NCBI GenBank assembly: GCA_963755455.1
Contig: CAVWJH010000001.1
Span: 146,864 to 210,863, forward strand
DNA from: an uncultured Verrucomicrobiae bacterium
GTDB taxonomy: Bacteria > Verrucomicrobiota > Verrucomicrobiia > Limisphaerales > UBA11358
DNA: 64,000 nucleotides
Direction: 5' to 3'
Part shown: piece after piece, positions 9,054 to 19,155 of the stretch
Position numbering within the stretch: the first letter of the stretch is position 1
How the letters are laid out: each line of letters opens with the position of its first letter
Program-made: the position numbers and the translations under genes
Notes under the pieces: generated by a model
What the model saw: the letters and a program-made list of their open reading frames with translations, nothing else
Told to the model about the DNA's origin: nothing
The model's database searches: none

Positions 9054-9125
9054 AATTCTGCTGCTTCTCGCTGACGGGCATTCCAAGTTTTTCCATCACG
9101 GCCAGCATATCTTCCAAGATTTTGC
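9054..9125. repeat. Degenerate duplicate of the udg 3' end (distal copy)
   Basis: Hand alignment with 9856-9927 gives 65/72 identical. The minus-strand frame gives [27 protein letters not shown], versus [28 protein letters not shown] in the real gene. Confidence 0.75.
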
Positions 9126-9197
9126 ACGAAGGCAAAAATAAAATCCGGCGCTGGAAATTCCATTCGCCAATCCCGCAAAAACGATTACATTGTTTCC

Positions 9198-9428
9198 ATG
9201 AGCTATCTCACGCTGGAAGTGGAGATTGACCACGGAAAAGTGGCCGCGAAAGAGCCGTCGAAACTGCCGGAAAAGGCCAGCGGCCTGCTCACAATTTTCC
9301 AGCCGGAAACTGCGGAGGCCGCCAGGTTCACGCCGCTCCAGGCGCTGGACGCCCTGCAAAAACATCTGCGCCTCGACGCCGCGCACGCCGCAGACTGGAT
9401 GGCGACCGTGCGCGAAGCGAGACGTTAG
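9198..9428 (+). CDS. Putative antitoxin paired with the downstream PIN toxin
   Basis: 76-aa ORF ending 20 nt upstream of a PIN-domain ORF. No family recognised. Confidence 0.5.
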   Translation: MSYLTLEVEIDHGKVAAKEPSKLPEKASGLLTIFQPETAEAARFTPLQALDALQKHLRLDAAHAADWMATVREARR

Positions 9429-9448
9429 CCGCGCGAAATGTTCGGAGC

Positions 9449-9820
9449 ATGATTCATTTCGACACTAATTGTCTGATTCAAACCGCCATCGCCGGATCGT
9501 TCGCGCATGAACGATTTCGCGCGTGGGCGTCTGCGCGGGAAAATTTCAACGTCAGTAGCGTCGCATGGGCGGAATTTTTGTGTGGGCCGCTGGATGCCAC
9601 CGCCGAATCCATCGCGCGGCAGATTTTTCCAAATCCCGAACCGCTGCTTCCGGCTGACGCCACGCTCGCGGCAAAATTATTCAACCAGACCGGACGCCGT
9701 TCCCGAAGTCTGGCGGATTGCATGATCGCGGCGGTGGCAATTCGTTGCGGCGCAAAACTGGCGACAATCAACGCGGCGGATTTTCAGCCGTTCGCCCAGC
9801 ATGGTTTGAATTTGGCTTGA
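9449..9820 (+). CDS. vapC: PIN domain toxin (VapC-like)
   Basis: [10 protein letters not shown]...[10 protein letters not shown]...[26 protein letters not shown] has the PIN acidic-residue pattern and the typical C-terminal motif. Confidence 0.8.
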   Translation: MIHFDTNCLIQTAIAGSFAHERFRAWASARENFNVSSVAWAEFLCGPLDATAESIARQIFPNPEPLLPADATLAAKLFNQTGRRSRSLADCMIAAVAIRCGAKLATINAADFQPFAQHGLNLA

Positions 9821-9838
9821 GTCGCGGACGGTTTATTT

Positions 9839-10760
9839 TCACGCCTTCAAAAAGAAATTCCGCTGCTTCTCGCTGATGGGCATTTCGAGTTTTTCCATCA
9901 CGGCCAGCATGTCTTCCCAGACTTTGCGCTTCTCGCTCATCGCCTGGTTGCGCAGCAGATACGCCGGATGATACGTCGGCATGAGCGGCGTGCCGCGATA
10001 CGTCTGCCAGTTGCCGCGCAGCTTCGTGATGCCGACGGTCTTGCCAAGCAAACCTTCCACCGCCGTCGCGCCGAGCGCGACGAGAACTTTCGGGCCGGAT
10101 CAAATCAATCTGCTCGTGCAGATACGGAATGCACGTCGCCATTTCGTCGGGCGTCGGCTTGCGGTTGCCGGCGGACTGGCCGGGCGTGTCGGGCCGGCAT
10201 TTCAAAATGTTGGCGATGTAAACATCCGCGCGCGAAAGTCCGGTGGCCTGGATGATTTTCGTGAGCAATTGTCCGGCGCGGCCGACGAACGGTTCGCCCT
10301 GCTCGTCTTCATCCGCGCCCGGCGCTTCGCCGACGAACATCAGTTGCGCGTCAATGCTGCCGACGCCGAACACGACGTTCTTGCGCGACGACGCGAGGTG
10401 CGGGCATTTCACGCAGGACAAGGCGCGCTTTCGCAATTCGGCGAAGGCGGCGGCTTTTTCGGGCGAAGAACTGATGATTTGAGATTTGAGATTTTGAATT
10501 TCAGATGTTGGCGCGGTGGACGGAGGCGTGGCGGCGATTTTTTTTGCGGGCATGGAAATTGTGGTTTGAGTTTTAGAAGCGGGTGCGGCGGACGTTTTCT
10601 CAATTTCAGGTTTGAAATTTGAAATTTGAAATTTCGGCGCCGCCTGCGCAAGCGCGCGGAGCGTTTCTTTCGAGACGGCGACATTTCGCACGCCGCGCGA
10701 TTTCAATTCTTCGAGATGATGGATTGTCGCGTCGAGCAGTTCGTTGTAAGCAACGGCCAT
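9839..10760 (-). pseudogene. udg: Family 4 uracil-DNA glycosylase with a ~110-aa N-terminal extension; one frameshift near 10085
   Basis: [51 protein letters not shown]...ANILKCRP...IDLIRP then a frame change to ...[37 protein letters not shown]. Confidence 0.85.
10475..10636. repeat. Two heptamer-periodic arrays inside the udg N-terminal extension (10475-10506 and 10603-10636)
   Basis: gatttgagatttgagattttgaatttcag and aatttcaggtttgaaatttgaaatttgaaatttcg, translated in frame as [11 protein letters not shown] and [13 protein letters not shown]. Confidence 0.75.
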
Positions 10761-10908
10761 GTTTCCATCGTAGCGTGTGGAGCGGCGGCTGCACGAAAAA
10801 TTTCAGTGCGGCGCGCCGCCGGCGCGACGATGGCGCTCGCGGCGGGCGACAGTTTTCGCCGGGCCGGAGAAATGCCCAAGGTTCTTGCGTCGAAATTTAG
10901 AGTTAAAT

Positions 10909-11850
10909 TTACGGCGCGGCGGATGCCGGAATGGGAATTTCAGGACGGATGGAAGTTTTTTCCGCCGTGGGAAAATCTTTAGGCACGGGATAGGTGACGG
11001 GGCGGTTGGCGAGCCATTGCAACGCGCGGATGATCATCGTCTGGACGCCGGCGCAGCGCAGACTTTCGGGCTGCACGTCGCCTGCCCAGACGTGGCCGAA
11101 CGTGGCGATGTAGGCGCGGCCATTGCCGTATTTCACCGTCCACTCAACCGGCCAGTTCAAGCCGAATTGCGGATCGCGGGCGTAGGACAACACCTGAATG
11201 TTGGTCGCCGGGCCGCGCGCGTAGTAATAAACTTCCAGATGCGGCGTGAGCCACTCCTTCGGCACGCCGTCGTGGATCGGATGGTCGCCGAGCAGATGCA
11301 CCAGCACGTTGCCGTTCGGCGCGTGGCCGGTTCCCATGCCCTCGCCGGGCGGATGGAAGACGAGTTTTTCGTCGTCGCTGATGGAAATGGCCGTGCCGTA
11401 GGATTTCGGACGCCAGCCGAGGCCGATGATTTCATTGTATTCCGGCCAGTTGGCAAAAGCATTTTGCGCGGAGTGGTAAATATAAACGCCGCCGCCGTCG
11501 CGCACATAATTTGCGAAGTCCTCCTGCACCGGCTTCGGCCACGACGGGCCGCTGTGGTTGATGTCGTTGCAGGTCTGGATCACCACGTCGTAATCCTTGA
11601 ATTTCGGACGCCACTGATCCCAGCCGTTTGTGGACCTGGGCGGCGGGGTGGTGGAAACCGACACGTCGAAAAGTCCCGTCGGCTCGAGAATTCCCCGCAG
11701 CAGCGCGGTGTTATATTTCCAGGCGTGGTTGCTGTAGCCGTCCACGATGAGGACTTTGATTTTGCCGGAGGGCGCGGGCGCGTCGCCGGCGGCAATGGTG
11801 AACAGGGATGCCGCGCCGAGAAGGAGGGTGATGAGACGGATTTTTTTCAT
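10909..11850 (-). CDS. ThuA (trehalose utilisation) domain protein with signal peptide
   Basis: MKKIRLITLLLGAASLFTIAAG then KVLIVDGYSNH...YDVVIQTCNDI...VRDGGGVYIYHSAQNAF. Start taken at ATG 11850. Confidence 0.8.
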   Translation of the reverse strand: MKKIRLITLLLGAASLFTIAAGDAPAPSGKIKVLIVDGYSNHAWKYNTALLRGILEPTGLFDVSVSTTPPPRSTNGWDQWRPKFKDYDVVIQTCNDINHSGPSWPKPVQEDFANYVRDGGGVYIYHSAQNAFANWPEYNEIIGLGWRPKSYGTAISISDDEKLVFHPPGEGMGTGHAPNGNVLVHLLGDHPIHDGVPKEWLTPHLEVYYYARGPATNIQVLSYARDPQFGLNWPVEWTVKYGNGRAYIATFGHVWAGDVQPESLRCAGVQTMIIRALQWLANRPVTYPVPKDFPTAEKTSIRPEIPIPASAAP

Positions 11851-12024
11851 ACTGGTTTCAATGGTCAAACCGGAATTGCAAACGAATGTGGCTGTGTCCG
11901 GCCAATTAAACAAATTTTTGCGGGCGGCGCAACGGGAGAAGACAGCATTTTCAGTCGCCGGTTTCAACAAGCCGCCTTCTGGATATCATGGCCAGATTTT
12001 TTAACGCCTTCCGTTGCGCCCGTT

Positions 12025-13459
12025 TCACGGTTTCGACGGCAATTCTGGTTTATCGCCGCCGATTTGCGTGCGGAACTGCGGCAGGCTTTGCGGATGATGC
12101 TGCTGGATGTAGGCGATGAGTTTCTCACGGATGTCGCAGCGCAAGTCCCACGATTTCGAGGAATCTCGCCGAAGTGGCCAGCACGCGGATTTGCATGGTT
12201 TTTTCCGTGGCGTCGGTCACCTGCAGGTTCCAAAAGCGTTTGTCCCAAAGCGGATTTGGCTCGATGATTTCCTTGAGCGCCTTTCGGATTTCATCCAGCG
12301 GCATCGTGTAGTCCACCCACACAAACACCGAGCCGAGCAACTGCGCGGAGGCGCGCGTCCAGTTTTGAAACGGCTTTTCGATGAAGTAGCTCAGCGGAAT
12401 GATGAGCCGGCGGTCGTCCCAAATGTGAAGGGTCACATAAGTCAGCGAGATTTCCTCAATGCGTCCCCATTCGCCCTCGACGATGACGACATCGTCCAGG
12501 CGGATGGGCTGGGTCATGGCGAGCTGGAAGCCGGCGAAGAGATTGGCAATCGTTTTTTGCGCGGCGAATCCGAGGATGACGCCCACCACGCCGGCGGACG
12601 CGAGCAGGCTGGTTCCCAACCGCCGCACTTCCTCGAACAGCATCAGGATGGAAGCGATGGTGAAGAGGGCGATGACGGCGTAAAGCACCTTGCTGATGAC
12701 GTGGACCTGGGTGTAAATCTTGCGGGCCTGGAGATTGTCGGACGCCTTGATGTCGTATTCCGTGAGGACGGCTTTTTCGCCGAGGCTTACGGCCTGAAAC
12801 AGGATGACCGACACTGCGACGATCAGCAGGATGCTGGTGCCTCTGGCAAGGACGTCCGTGTATTCCGGCGGCAGGTTGAGAATGGGCAGCGCAAAAATAA
12901 TTCCCACGACCGGCACGATGACGCGCAGGCTTTTTCCAATCAGCGGCACGAACAAATCGTCCAGCTTGCTGCTGGTTTTGGCGGCCAAAGCCGCAAGCCG
13001 CGCCTCCAGCACGCGGGTGAACCGGAAGAACAGCCAGAACAGCACCGCGAAAACACCGAGATCAAACACCTTGTCAAAACCCGCCCGCACAGCGTCCAAT
13101 CCCTCGTCCGGCGGAATTTTCAGCAGCAGCGGCGTCGCGGCCAGATAGATGCCGTAAATCCAGATCAGTGCATACAGCGGCTTGCCGAGCGCGCCGAAGA
13201 CGTGGCGGTGCAGTTCCTTGCCGGCGGTCACCGTGGCCTGCCGCGTTTTGCGCCGCAGAAATGCGACGGCCAGACCGTTGACGAGCAGAACAAACAGCAC
13301 GAGGAACAAGACCGTTCCCAAGTCCGCCCAGGTGACGTCGCCAAGAACAGCGGCGTTGACGCCGGGGCCGAACAGGGTTTCCAGTCCGCTTGAAATGAGC
13401 GCGGTCAAGCCGGCGAAGAGCGGGTCCAGATAATTTTTTCCTGTCATCGTTGCATCCAT
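12025..13459 (-). pseudogene. Mechanosensitive ion channel (MscS family), one frameshift near 12160
   Basis: GVVGVILGFAAQKTIANLFAGFQLAMTQPIRLDDVVIVEGEWGRIEEISLTYVTLHIWDDRRLIIPLSYF. After VLATSA the frame changes to DSSKSWDLRCDIREKLIAYIQQHHPQSLPQFR..., the usual family C-terminus, with stop at 12025-12027. Confidence 0.8.
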
Positions 13460-13465
13460 ACAATT

Positions 13466-14002
13466 TCAGAGAACCGGCGGTGGAACAGTCGTTGAACTTT
13501 CGGGCGGCGGCGTCACGCGGGCCGGTTCCACACCGTTCAAAATGATCGGCACATCCTTGTGTTTCTGCGGGTCGTCGCTCCAGACATAGAAGTTCCGCCA
13601 GCGGCTGCCGGGCTTGGCGCGCCGGATGCTCTCAAACCACGGATGCTGGTCGGACGTGTGGTTCAACACGAGTTCCGTGATGACGCGCAGACCGCGCCAG
13701 TGCGCCTCGCGAAGAAAGGTTTTGAAATCGCCGAGCGCGCCATACATCGGATGCACGTCGCAGTAATCAGCGATGTCGTAACCGTCGTCACGCAGCGGCG
13801 ACGGATAAAACGGCAGCAGCCAGATCGCCGTCACGCCGAGATCCTTGATGTAATCCAGTTTTTGCGTCAGCCCGGCAAAATCGCTCGCGCCGTCACCGTC
13901 CGCGTTGTAAAACGCGCGGACATGGATCTCGTAAATGACGCCGCTTTTATACCAGAACGGCTCCTGGCCCAGACCGGCGCGGCTGCGTTTTGATTGCGTC
14001 AT
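13466..14002 (-). pseudogene. treS: Truncated trehalose synthase / alpha-amylase family gene (N-terminal ~150 codons only)
   Basis: [65 protein letters not shown]...[13 protein letters not shown]...[12 protein letters not shown]. Similarity is then lost, and the mscS-like gene starts 7 nt further on. Confidence 0.75.
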
Positions 14003-14233
14003 AAATCAAGAAATCAAATGACATTAAAATTCGGGGGCGCGAACCCGCTTGTCCTCAATTGAGGAAAAGTAAATTGTTTTGGCCCCCGGTGCAAATGTCT
14101 TATTGAGCTTGCGGAGTCGCTCGTCGGTCGGCGTGGCTCAACTTTGGATTGTTAGGAGAAGTTTTTTTATGGCCGGAGTGCTGCGATTCTTTCACGCGAA
14201 ATGAAATCAGCATTTATTACACGGCAGAAAATT

Positions 14234-15088
14234 TCACTGCGTCTTTCCCGCCGGTAATTCAACCACCATTCCCTCCTTCGCGGCGTCCACTTTCATTTTT
14301 GACTTCGCCTTCGCCACGAGTTTGCGCGCGTGCTTCACAAAGCCGTCAATTTTTTTGTCGTCGCTGTCGGGGTCGTGGTGAAAGAACAGCAGTTTTTTCA
14401 CGTTCGCCTTTAGCGCGAGCGCCACGGAATCGTCCACGCAGCCGTGCCCCCAGCCGATGTGTTTTTTGTATCCCGCCCGGTCGAATTGCGAGTCGAGGAT
14501 GAGCAGGTCGGAGTCGCGGACGAACTCGGCCATTTCCCGGTCCACGCCGCCGATGTGCGGCTCGGTGTCGGGGAAAAACGAGACGATGCCGTCGGGCGAA
14601 AACAGCCGGTAGCCGACGCACATTCCCGGATGGTTCGCGCGCAGCGCCCGCACGATGACCGGGCCGATGTCGAAGTTGAAGTCCTTGAGTTCCTCGATCT
14701 GGATGTTGCTCGGCAGCCTGTCGAACGCCACGGGAAAATAGGTGCTTTCCATCTGGCCGGTGAGCATGGCGGACAATCCCTTGCGCGCGTCCTGGCAGCC
14801 GATGATCCTCAACCGGCAGCGCGGATCGTAAATCGGCGGAAAAAACGGCAGCCCCTGGATGTGATCCCAATGCGTGTGCGTCAGCAGCATCGTCAGGTTC
14901 AGCGGCTTGTTCCTGTATGTCTTCAGCAGCGCGGCACCAAGCTGCCGCAATCCCGTGCCGGCATCCAGGATGATGATCTCGCCGCCCGCGCGGATTTCGA
15001 CGCAGGTCGTGTTGCCGCCGTAACGCACCGTGCCCGGCCCCGGCGTGGAGATCGAGCCGCGCACGCCCCAAAATTTAACGCGCATCAC
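14234..15088 (-). CDS. MBL-fold metallo-hydrolase
   Basis: VKFWGVRGS...ILDAGTG...LLTHTHWDHIQGLPFF...FFHHDPDSDD (HxHxDH motif). Confidence 0.85.
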   Translation of the reverse strand: MMRVKFWGVRGSISTPGPGTVRYGGNTTCVEIRAGGEIIILDAGTGLRQLGAALLKTYRNKPLNLTMLLTHTHWDHIQGLPFFPPIYDPRCRLRIIGCQDARKGLSAMLTGQMESTYFPVAFDRLPSNIQIEELKDFNFDIGPVIVRALRANHPGMCVGYRLFSPDGIVSFFPDTEPHIGGVDREMAEFVRDSDLLILDSQFDRAGYKKHIGWGHGCVDDSVALALKANVKKLLFFHHDPDSDDKKIDGFVKHARKLVAKAKSKMKVDAAKEGMVVELPAGKTQ

Positions 15089-15204
15089 GCGCGGATGAAA
15101 ACATCTTTCCGGGCGGCATGGAAGAAAAAACGTGGGACAGAATGATTTAACCGCCCTGTGATTTTTCTCCGCGCTTTTGCGCCTTTGCGCTAAAATCCGC
15201 GCCT

Positions 15205-15977
15205 ATGTCTGACGGCCCAAAAAAATTCCGCATCGGCTCGGTGCAATTATCTGAACGCCGTGCCGCTCACGCGCGGCATCGAAAGCGAACTCATTCTCGC
15301 CACGCCCGCCAAGCTCGCCGAAATGCTCCGGCGCGATGAACTGGACGCCGCGCTCGTCAGCATCACCGAGGTTTTGCTCAACGACCGCTACGACATTCTG
15401 GACGGCATCGCCATCGCGTCGCTCGGCGAAGTTTACAGCGTCCTGCTCGCGCACAAAAAGCCGCTCGCGGAGGCGAAGGAAATTTTCTGCGACACCGCGT
15501 CGCTCACGAGCGTGAATTTGCTGAAAGTTTTGCTCGCCGAGAAAAATCTGTTTCCGCAATTCGTGCCGCTGGAAAATTACGAAGCCGCGCCGGAAAAAGA
15601 TTTCGTCCTGCTCATCGGCGACCGCGCGATTGATTTCCAGCGCGCGCCGCATGCGCACGAAATTTTCGACCTCGGCTGCGGCGTGGACGGAATTGACGAA
15701 TCTGCCCTTTGTTTATGCGGTCTGGGCGCTGCGGCGCGGAATTGAAAACAAGGAATTGCGCCGCGAATTGCGCGAGGCGAAAAGTTTCGGCATGGAAACT
15801 TTGGATTACCTCATCGAAACCCGCGAGGAATATGACGAGGATTTCCGCCGCGATTATCTCGGCTGGCAGATCCATTATCATCTCGCGACGGACGAAAAGC
15901 GCGGCATCGCAAAATTCTGCGAACTCTTGCGGAAGCACAACCTCGGCCCGGTGTTTGAACCGAAATTTGTTTCGTAG
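15205..15977 (+). pseudogene. mqnA: Chorismate dehydratase MqnA-like (futalosine pathway), two frame disruptions (near 15245 and 15675)
   Basis: KFRIGSV|.YLNAVPLTRGIE...AKLAEMLRRDELDAALVSITEVL...GEVYSVLLAHKKPL...DTASLTSVNLLKVLL...|AAWTELTNLPFVYAVWALRRG. Confidence 0.7.
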
Positions 15978-16049
15978 GAGACGGAGGTGACAGAGTCTCA
16001 AACTTGTTTTTCTTGGGACAATAATGAGTCTCGTCACCTCGACTCCTAC
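15974..16049. repeat. REP-like hairpin GTAGGAGACGGAGGTGACAGAGTCTC / GAGTCTCGTCACCTCGACTCCTAC between convergent genes
   Basis: Arms of ~24-26 nt (15974-15999 and 16026-16049) around a 26-nt loop. The TAG of mqnA (15975-15977) and the CTA of the minus-strand gene stop (16046-16048) are both inside the arms. A related single copy TGTAGGAGCCGAGGTTACGAGGCTC lies at ~52255. Confidence 0.65.
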
Positions 16050-16805
16050 GTTTCCCTTTCCAACTTCGCCAGCGTTTCGGGATCACGCACATCCACCCAG
16101 CGGCCCTGGATTTCCAGACCGGCGAGTTTTTGTCCGGCGGCGATGAGCGCGCTGATGGCGTCGGTCAGTTCATATTCGCCGCGCGGGGATTTTTGCAGGC
16201 GCGACGTGAATTCAAAAATCGCCGGACGAAAAATATAAATGCCCGCGTTATACCACGCCGGAACGCCGGGCTTGAGCCAGCCTTCGCGGCGCAATTGCTC
16301 CAACTGTTCGGGCGACGGTTTTTCCACGAGCCGTTTCAGGCAGAATTGTTCGTCAAAAAAATTCAGGCCGCCCTTCGTCACGTCCTCGCCGGGCGTGACG
16401 GTGATGACGCCCGCAAAATCGCCCTCGCCAAAACGCCGAAGCATCTGCGGATACGTTTCGCGGCGCGACGAGGATGTCGCCGTAAGTCAGCAGAAACGGC
16501 GAGTCGCCGACAAAATCCTTCGCGAGTTCCGGCGCCTTGCCCGTGCCGTCCTGAACGAGCTGCCGGCCAAAGGAAATCTGCGCGCCGAATTTTTTGCCGT
16601 CGCCGAAATGATTTTCGATCACGTCCGCTCGAAAACCCGTGACAATGAAAATATCTTTGATTCCCGCCGCGACGACGCCGCCGACGATGTGTTCGAGGAT
16701 CGGTTTGCCCGACACGCGGAGCATGGGCTTGGGCAACTCACTGGTGAGTTCCCGCATGCGCGTGCCTTTGCCGGCGGCGAGGATGACGGCTTTCATTTCA
16801 ACCAC
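16046..16805 (-). pseudogene. Sugar-phosphate nucleotidyltransferase family protein, one frameshift near 16450
   Basis: MKAVILAAGKGTRMRELTSELPKPMLRVSGKPILEHIV...LLTYGDILV| then ...GVITVTPGEDVTKGG...WYNAGIYIFRPAIFEF...SPRGEYELTDAI. Confidence 0.75.
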
Positions 16806-16822
16806 AGATGAACAGCGTGAAC

Positions 16823-17605
16823 TTAATTCTGTGCAAATTTGATTATCTTTCGCTGAAAATCTTCCGTTGCATCCAGCGATGAAACCATCTCTCCACCCAC
16901 GTTTGATAGTCGTGCTAAATCTGTGCGGGGAATCACTTGTTGATCCTGAAATATGAGGAGCGAATCAAATTCCACCTTTGCACGCAGCCAATGCTCCAAA
17001 ATGATAGTTACGAGACGCGCTTTGTCACGGGTTGCAACGCCAAATAAAAACAAGGGCGCACGCTTGGCTTCGACTCGGAAATCAATTGGATAACTGTCAG
17101 CTTCCGCGTGATCCGGCAGAGTGTAGTCTTGTTTGATTTTTTCCGGGGCAACCAAACTATAAAGTCTCTCTTTCAAATCTTCGTAAAAAGTGCTCGCCAC
17201 CCATGAGCGATTCAAAAATGTCAGATCATAAATTCGCGCCAGAGCTTGACCAAACTGAAGAACATTCGTGCCTAAACTATCTAGGCTAGAGTCGAGGACA
17301 AGCCTGCCTTGTTCGTCCCGCAAACCTGAATCAGCCAAAACTTGATCCAATAATTTTCCACGAGTGCCTTCGCGAAATTTGGCGAGATCGTTTTCATAAC
17401 TCAAGTGCATGAAAGTGTGTCCAAAATCAGTAAGACGAACACTTCCTGCTGCCGCTTCTTCAAGATAAAGCTGAAACGTATCACCGTCAGGAAATGTAAA
17501 TGGGGTTACGATTTGCAGATAACCTTGGCGCGTGGTTCGCACTTGAACCTCGCCGCAAAGCGACTTGCACAGCCGCTCTTTTAATTTGGGCAGGTCAAAA
17601 GTCAT
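16823..17605 (-). CDS. Uncharacterised 260-aa protein (from memory resembles the DUF1828/DUF1829 architecture; needs an HMM check)
   Basis: Intact ORF. The N-terminus reads ...LQIVTPFTFPDGDTFQLYLEEAAAGSVRLTDFGHTFMHL. Its ATG overlaps the upstream stop (ATGA at 17602-17605). GC is lower than the flanks. Confidence 0.6.
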   Translation of the reverse strand: MTFDLPKLKERLCKSLCGEVQVRTTRQGYLQIVTPFTFPDGDTFQLYLEEAAAGSVRLTDFGHTFMHLSYENDLAKFREGTRGKLLDQVLADSGLRDEQGRLVLDSSLDSLGTNVLQFGQALARIYDLTFLNRSWVASTFYEDLKERLYSLVAPEKIKQDYTLPDHAEADSYPIDFRVEAKRAPLFLFGVATRDKARLVTIILEHWLRAKVEFDSLLIFQDQQVIPRTDLARLSNVGGEMVSSLDATEDFQRKIIKFAQN

Positions 17606-18123
17606 TGGAATAGTTCTGGATGATCAGGTTCTGCTTCGAGACCTGCAATGTTGCAATCTGCCATCAAGCGATGCAATGCGCCGCTACACGTTTGATAAGA
17701 ACCGGCAGCTTCGGCAAAGCCGTCAGGCTTCCTATTCGCTTGGATGTATCGCTCGGTTGTCCGATGAATATGGCAAACGAATTCAAGACGGATGCCTTCG
17801 AGTCGGTTTGGGTGACTGTGACTCGAACCGTTGTAACGCGCTAAAATCAATTCTTCGCCGCCAGCGGGCAACCACTGGAGGCCACAAGAAAAATCATCAC
17901 TAATTGTTTTGTTCTGTCGCACAAACAAACGAAACCGTTCGCTACCATCCAAACTTTCGACAATATACTCATGTTTGTCATGGTTCGCATCTGTGACATT
18001 TCTCGCAGTGGGATTTGAGACGCGCTTGGGCATGAGCAAAAGTTGCCCGATGCGCTCGTCTGTTAAAGATTCAAAAGCCATAACGCGATGACGGAGCGTA
18101 ACTAACTCATCCCGCACGGACAA
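17602..18123 (-). CDS. Uncharacterised 173-aa protein, first gene of a two-gene low-GC module
   Basis: Intact ORF with His-rich motifs ARYNGSSHSHPN and FVCHIHRTTERY. No family recognised. Confidence 0.6.
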   Translation of the reverse strand: MSVRDELVTLRHRVMAFESLTDERIGQLLLMPKRVSNPTARNVTDANHDKHEYIVESLDGSERFRLFVRQNKTISDDFSCGLQWLPAGGEELILARYNGSSHSHPNRLEGIRLEFVCHIHRTTERYIQANRKPDGFAEAAGSYQTCSGALHRLMADCNIAGLEAEPDHPELFQ

Positions 18124-18200
18124 TCAGAAATTAATCAGCCACAACATGGCTAAAATTCATTTGGCAAACAATAACTGTTCGTTTCGCGTCCGCGAGCGGC

Positions 18201-19102
18201 TTAAAACTTCGTCAGCTTTTCCAGTTCCTTCACGCGCTTTTCGATGTCGGCGCGTTTGATCTTGGTCGTGCGCGTTCAGGCCGAATCCTTCGCAGCAGAA
18301 CGACGCGGTGACGCTGCCGTAAATCATCGCGCGCCGGATGTTCGCGTCAATCGCGCCCTTGGCCGTCGCCAGATAATCCCATCATGCCGCCGACGAACGA
18401 ATCGCCCGCGCCGGTCGGGTCCACGACCTTGTGCAGCGGATACGCCGGGCAGATGAAAAATCCCTTCGGCCCGGACAAGATCGAGCCGTGCGAACCTTTT
18501 TTGATGATGACGTATTTCGGGCCGAGCTTGTGGATTTTTTTCAGCGCGGCGAAGACGTTGTCTTCCTTCGTCAGCTGATGCGCCTCGCTGTCGTTCAGCA
18601 CAAAGCCGTCAATGCGCGGCAGCAGTTTCAGCAAATCGGCGAGCGCGATGTTCAGCCACAAATCCATCGAGTCGGCCACGACGAATTTCGGCTTCTTCAT
18701 CTGGTCGAGCACGCGATGCTGGAGCGCGGGCGCGATGTTGCCGAGCAGCACGAACTGGCGAGTTTTGATACGACTGCGGCAGCGTCGGCGAAAAAGTTTC
18801 GATCACGCCGAGTTCGGTCGCAGCGTGCGGCGGTTGTTCATGTTCAATTCGTATTCGCCCGACCAGTGAAAAGTTTTGCCCGGCAAAATCTGCAGACCTT
18901 CGAGATCAATTTTGTGCCGGCGATAAAGCTCGATGTATTTTTTCGGAAAATCCTCGCCGACGCCGCCGACCAGTTTCACCGGCGAAAAAAAACTCGCCGC
19001 GACCGCCGCGTGGCTGGCCGAGCCGCCGAGCAGGCGCGGATTTTCCGCCGTCGGAGTTTTGATGGAATCGAGTGCGGTGGTGCCGACAATTAAAACGCTC
19101 AT
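18201..19102 (-). pseudogene. PfkB-family carbohydrate kinase, at least 2-3 frame disruptions
   Basis: MSVLIVGTTALDSIKTP...GGSASHAA..., LNDSEAHQLT..., VIIKKGSHGS..., VVDPTGAGDSFVGG (PfkB signature), then a tail ...ADIEKRVKELEKLTKF* in another frame. Confidence 0.75.
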
Positions 19103-19155
19103 GGATTAGTTGATAGTTTATGAGTTGAAAGTTGCGAGCAGGAAAATCGGGGCAT

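Noticed and set aside
8508-9086. 192-aa and 135-aa minus-strand ORFs across the 8.6-9.0 kb region
   Set aside because: They are translations of the degenerate ~21-bp array (recurring FP(R/P)xxxx peptides) plus the udg-end fragment. There is no start context or family signal.
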